From NCBI GenBank assembly GCA_022560555.1, contig JADFSZ010000082.1, positions 1-7,718 of the forward strand: DNA of 7,718 bases, read 5' to 3'. The stretch is from PVC group bacterium (GTDB lineage Bacteria; GCA-001730085; JADFSZ01). This document shows, piece by piece, positions 5,234-7,718 of the stretch. The position numbers were made by a program, and so were the translations under genes. The notes under the pieces are model-generated. The model was not told the origin of the DNA, did not search any database, and saw only the letters and a program-made list of their open reading frames with translations. Position 1 is the first letter of the stretch. Each line of letters begins with the position of its first letter.

Positions 5234-6562
5234 CTATTCATCAATTCTCGGGTGTGTACTAACCCGAACGGTATTCCCCTCATCTAAATTGGTCATAACA
5301 AACCGGATTTCCCGTACACGGTCAATCAGATCGCCTCTTAACTGAAACCGCCATGCCGGTTGATCGCGATCTAATTGAACAAAATGATTTTCCATTGTGC
5401 CATCATCATAAAGTATCTTTGTGCTCATCATAAGGCCTTCGGCCACATCGATATTAAAACTTTTGCTTTTAAGAAGACGTTTATCTTTCACGCAAATAAA
5501 ACTTTGTTCCCAAGGTATCAGACTTGACACCAGGCTTTTGGACGTCATAATATCCCATGCAAGATCATTCAGGCCATCGGCAACATCCGGGTCAAAATTT
5601 TTGGAAGCACATGATTTCGCAAAGTCGTGAATAAGAATAGAAAAATCTTTTTCAAAAACATCGCTTAGTATTTCCGGAGCATTTGCGACAACATCTCTTG
5701 GACGGATTCTTGAAAACCGCCACGAGAGTTCCTCGATTTTTTCCATACCGTATTGCTCATACAAATATTCCCAAAACAGGGCGTAGTCATAACCCGCCTG
5801 CCAAAACGGCCGTCCGGGATGATCCATTAGATAATTCACACCATCGCGTTTTGTTGTTTTAATCCCACCCAAAACGGATATTTGTTCCGTTTTATAAAAA
5901 TACGCGTCCGATCCGACACGGATTTCAAAAAATCGCGCGAGACCCTCCGCGTACCAGTCCTTACCGAAACTCTGAGCCACGGCTCCGGCTTGATAGTCAT
6001 GTTCCAACCAACCTTGAACGTTTTTATTGTATTGGAACAACACAGCGTGCGCGAGCTCATGAATGAGCGTTCCCCTTAGAGAGACAGGATCATTGGCTAA
6101 AGTTTTCTTTATATTTTCAGGGAGAAATATCGCCATTTGATATCCATCCGCCTCTTCAATGGCATTAAAGCACGGCGCATGGCTGCGTTCGCTTGACATG
6201 GATAGAACACCTTGACGAATCCAACGGGATAAATATTTTTTGTTTGTAACAAAAATGTCTATGGTTCGGTCCGGATCAGGATAGCTGGGACGGTTGAAGC
6301 CAAATTCCACAACAAGTTTTTCGTACATTTGCTTGGCTTCGCCCAGAAGGCCAAACGCATCCAAATCTTGGTCCTGATAATGCAAGACAAGATTCATCCC
6401 GTCTGAAGCCCGGAGAAAATCCTGGTACGCACAATCAGCTATAATCCGATCTAATTTTTTTTCCGTGTCATGTTCCGCCGCATAAGTATAGGATCCGTGA
6501 AAAACACATCCCATGCTTACAAGGCTGAGGATCATGACACGAATCAAATTTCGTGTCATCAT
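5234..6562 (-). CDS. Exported putative zinc metallopeptidase, gluzincin / peptidase-MA-like (442 aa)
   Basis: Signal peptide MMTRNLIRVMILSLVSMGCVFHGSYTYA/AE. HExxH motif TLIHELAHAV (HELAH at residues 168-172, nt 6047..6061). A downstream DWYAEGLARFFE (EGLA at residues 206-209, nt 5936..5947) places a Glu 34 residues after the second His. This is the pattern I recall for the Peptidase_MA_2 (PF13485) type. An AGGTG Shine-Dalgarno (6573..6569) favours the second ATG (6559) as the start. I do not recognise the flanking N- and C-terminal regions. Confidence 0.82.
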   Translation of the reverse strand: MMTRNLIRVMILSLVSMGCVFHGSYTYAAEHDTEKKLDRIIADCAYQDFLRASDGMNLVLHYQDQDLDAFGLLGEAKQMYEKLVVEFGFNRPSYPDPDRTIDIFVTNKKYLSRWIRQGVLSMSSERSHAPCFNAIEEADGYQMAIFLPENIKKTLANDPVSLRGTLIHELAHAVLFQYNKNVQGWLEHDYQAGAVAQSFGKDWYAEGLARFFEIRVGSDAYFYKTEQISVLGGIKTTKRDGVNYLMDHPGRPFWQAGYDYALFWEYLYEQYGMEKIEELSWRFSRIRPRDVVANAPEILSDVFEKDFSILIHDFAKSCASKNFDPDVADGLNDLAWDIMTSKSLVSSLIPWEQSFICVKDKRLLKSKSFNIDVAEGLMMSTKILYDDGTMENHFVQLDRDQPAWRFQLRGDLIDRVREIRFVMTNLDEGNTVRVSTHPRIDE

Positions 6563-7085
6563 TCACACCTATGTATTATCTTCTGGGTATTGACCCTAAA
6601 ATAGCCAAAATAAAAAACCCTAAATCTCTTCAAAAGACATAGGGGATCTCGCATGAAACAAATCTATCAGCGGTTCAGCCGCCATAAAGGACAAATGCCC
6701 TTCTTAGGCCCGTAACTTTGTGCCCTATTCTTTCGAATGAGTTTACCTTTTTTGATATTGGCAACATTCCAATAATTTATAAAAGAACAATGCCCTCTTA
6801 ACTTCGACAAGTTGAGAAGGTCTTATAGATCCATCACAAAGGCTGTATTCACAGCGGTTTAAGTTATAGTATTAGTAGCATATAGAGCTTAGCAAAGTCA
6901 AATTTTCAAGCCCTTTTTTTTGCTATTTCTATAAGCTTATTTTTATAAGAGGCTTAAGTATATTTTGTATTGTATAATTATACCTCATTCATGAACCCCC
7001 TTTAATCCCCTACAAGAAATGTGTTAACATAGGTCGATACAAACCTTAGAAAGAAATAGGCGCAAGCGCATAGAACCCATCATCC

Positions 7086-7718
7086 ATGTCTGAAAATACA
7101 AAATTACAGAAACTCTTTTCAGGTAAATTCCTTTCTTTCGTATGTATCCTTGCCTTCACATGGACCCTTCAGACAAGCACATTTTTCAGAGACTTTGAGT
7201 CTGATATTACAGACTTTTTCTTCAATCTTCGAGGCGCGATTAAAGAAAATCCAAACATTACTATCATTGAAATCGGCGAAACTGAACTTGAAATTTTAGG
7301 CCGGGATCTGTCCCAATACCGATTCCACCACGCCCAACTTCTGGATGCCCTTCAATACTACGGCGCGAAAACTGTTGTGTTCGATATGCTTTTTTACGAA
7401 TCGGTGGATTTTACTATTGAAGATGAGCTCACAAGCGAGGATGTTTACATAGACGACCTTTTTGCCGATGCCGTTCGGCGCACTAATTTCGTTTATCTTG
7501 CAACGGAAACTCTAAAAGATTCTGACGGATATCCCACAGGCTATCGACCCATCATTCCTCCGCTGATGGACGCCGTAAGGGGCATTGGGGACATTTCGTA
7601 TATAGCCGATGAGAAAGGAATCGTCCGTAAAATCGAACCGCTGCAAAAAGCAGGGGACAAAAAATACTTCCATTTAGCCCTTTTGGGCATCAGTCATTAT
7701 CTTGGTATCAATCCTAAG
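7086..7718 (+). CDS. CHASE2-domain membrane sensor protein, N-terminal fragment (211 codons, runs off the window)
   Basis: Not in the supplied ORF track because it has no stop codon in the window. The frame is open from ATG 7086 to 7718, with an in-frame TAG at 7071..7073 immediately upstream. An N-terminal TM segment (FLSFVCILAFTWTL) is followed by a CHASE2-like pattern recalled from PF05226: DFFFNLRG, NITIIEIGETELEILG, RFHHAQLLDALQYYGAKTVVFDMLFYE, DDLFADAVRR..NFVYL, and PPLMDAVRGIGDISYIADEKGIVRKIEPL...YFHLALLGISHYLG. The output domain (cyclase, kinase or GGDEF) would lie beyond 7718. Confidence 0.82.
   Translation, partial: MSENTKLQKLFSGKFLSFVCILAFTWTLQTSTFFRDFESDITDFFFNLRGAIKENPNITIIEIGETELEILGRDLSQYRFHHAQLLDALQYYGAKTVVFDMLFYESVDFTIEDELTSEDVYIDDLFADAVRRTNFVYLATETLKDSDGYPTGYRPIIPPLMDAVRGIGDISYIADEKGIVRKIEPLQKAGDKKYFHLALLGISHYLGINPK

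Noticed and set aside
5421-6079. Nested ORFs in the peptidase gene (5421..5630 +, 5882..6079 +, 5836..6060 -)
   Set aside because: They are contained in the 442-aa CDS, whose frame carries HELAH and EGLA. The alternative frames have no motifs and a skewed composition.
6563-7085. tRNA, riboswitch, CRISPR or IS remnant in the long intergenic gap
   Set aside because: I could find no cloverleaf-compatible arms or T-loop GTTCGA-type motif, no riboswitch core motif that I recognise (TPP, SAM, cobalamin, c-di-GMP, glycine), no regularly spaced direct repeats, and no terminal inverted repeats or transposase-like frames. The only ORFs on either strand are 30 codons or fewer. An Rfam scan is still needed to exclude less familiar RNAs.
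1-7718. Mobile element, prophage, defence island or horizontally acquired cassette
   Set aside because: I saw no integrase, transposase or recombinase motifs, no flanking direct or inverted repeats, no tRNA attachment site, no nuclease, ATPase or methyltransferase signatures typical of defence systems, and no abrupt compositional shift by eye between the genes.

Overview
This 7.7-kb window looks chromosomal and comes from a diderm (outer-membrane-bearing) bacterium. I cannot assign a taxon by eye; the sequence is moderately AT-rich and the intergenic regions are very AT-rich. I saw no rRNA, tRNA, CRISPR array, transposase, integrase or terminal inverted repeats. Seven protein-coding genes are supportable. 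(1) A small PDZ-less M50 site-2-protease-family membrane metalloprotease (50..691, minus). (2) A small acidic four-Cys ORF with a non-ATG start (912..1145, minus). (3) A 131-aa signal-peptide protein of unknown function (1210..1605, plus). (4) A 609-aa exported FecR-domain protein with an acidic calcium-binding-like DxDxDG linker and an unrecognisable C-terminal half (1607..3436, minus). (5) A 456-aa outer-membrane beta-barrel protein (3751..5121, plus). (6) A 442-aa exported gluzincin-like peptidase with HELAH and a downstream EGLA motif (5234..6562, minus). (7) The N-terminal 211 codons of a membrane CHASE2-domain sensor that runs off the right edge (7086..7718, plus) and is missing from the supplied ORF track. 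The most interesting reading is that genes 3 to 7 form a contiguous block of exported or envelope proteins. This block pairs a signal-peptide-type FecR-domain protein with a CHASE2 receptor, a sensor family with no known ligand, plus a dedicated beta-barrel and a secreted zinc peptidase. It has no ECF sigma factor and no TonB-dependent transducer. It is therefore not a classical Fec-type system and may be an uncharacterised envelope-sensing module. Non-coding observations include near-consensus divergent promoters, two hairpin plus T-tract terminators (one placed oddly, directly in front of the M50 ribosome-binding site), a 524-bp AT-rich gap with a thrice-repeated TGCCCT..TCTT motif, and a tandem 8-mer in a 64-bp divergent region. 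All family assignments rest on motif recognition by eye and need HMM or BLAST confirmation.
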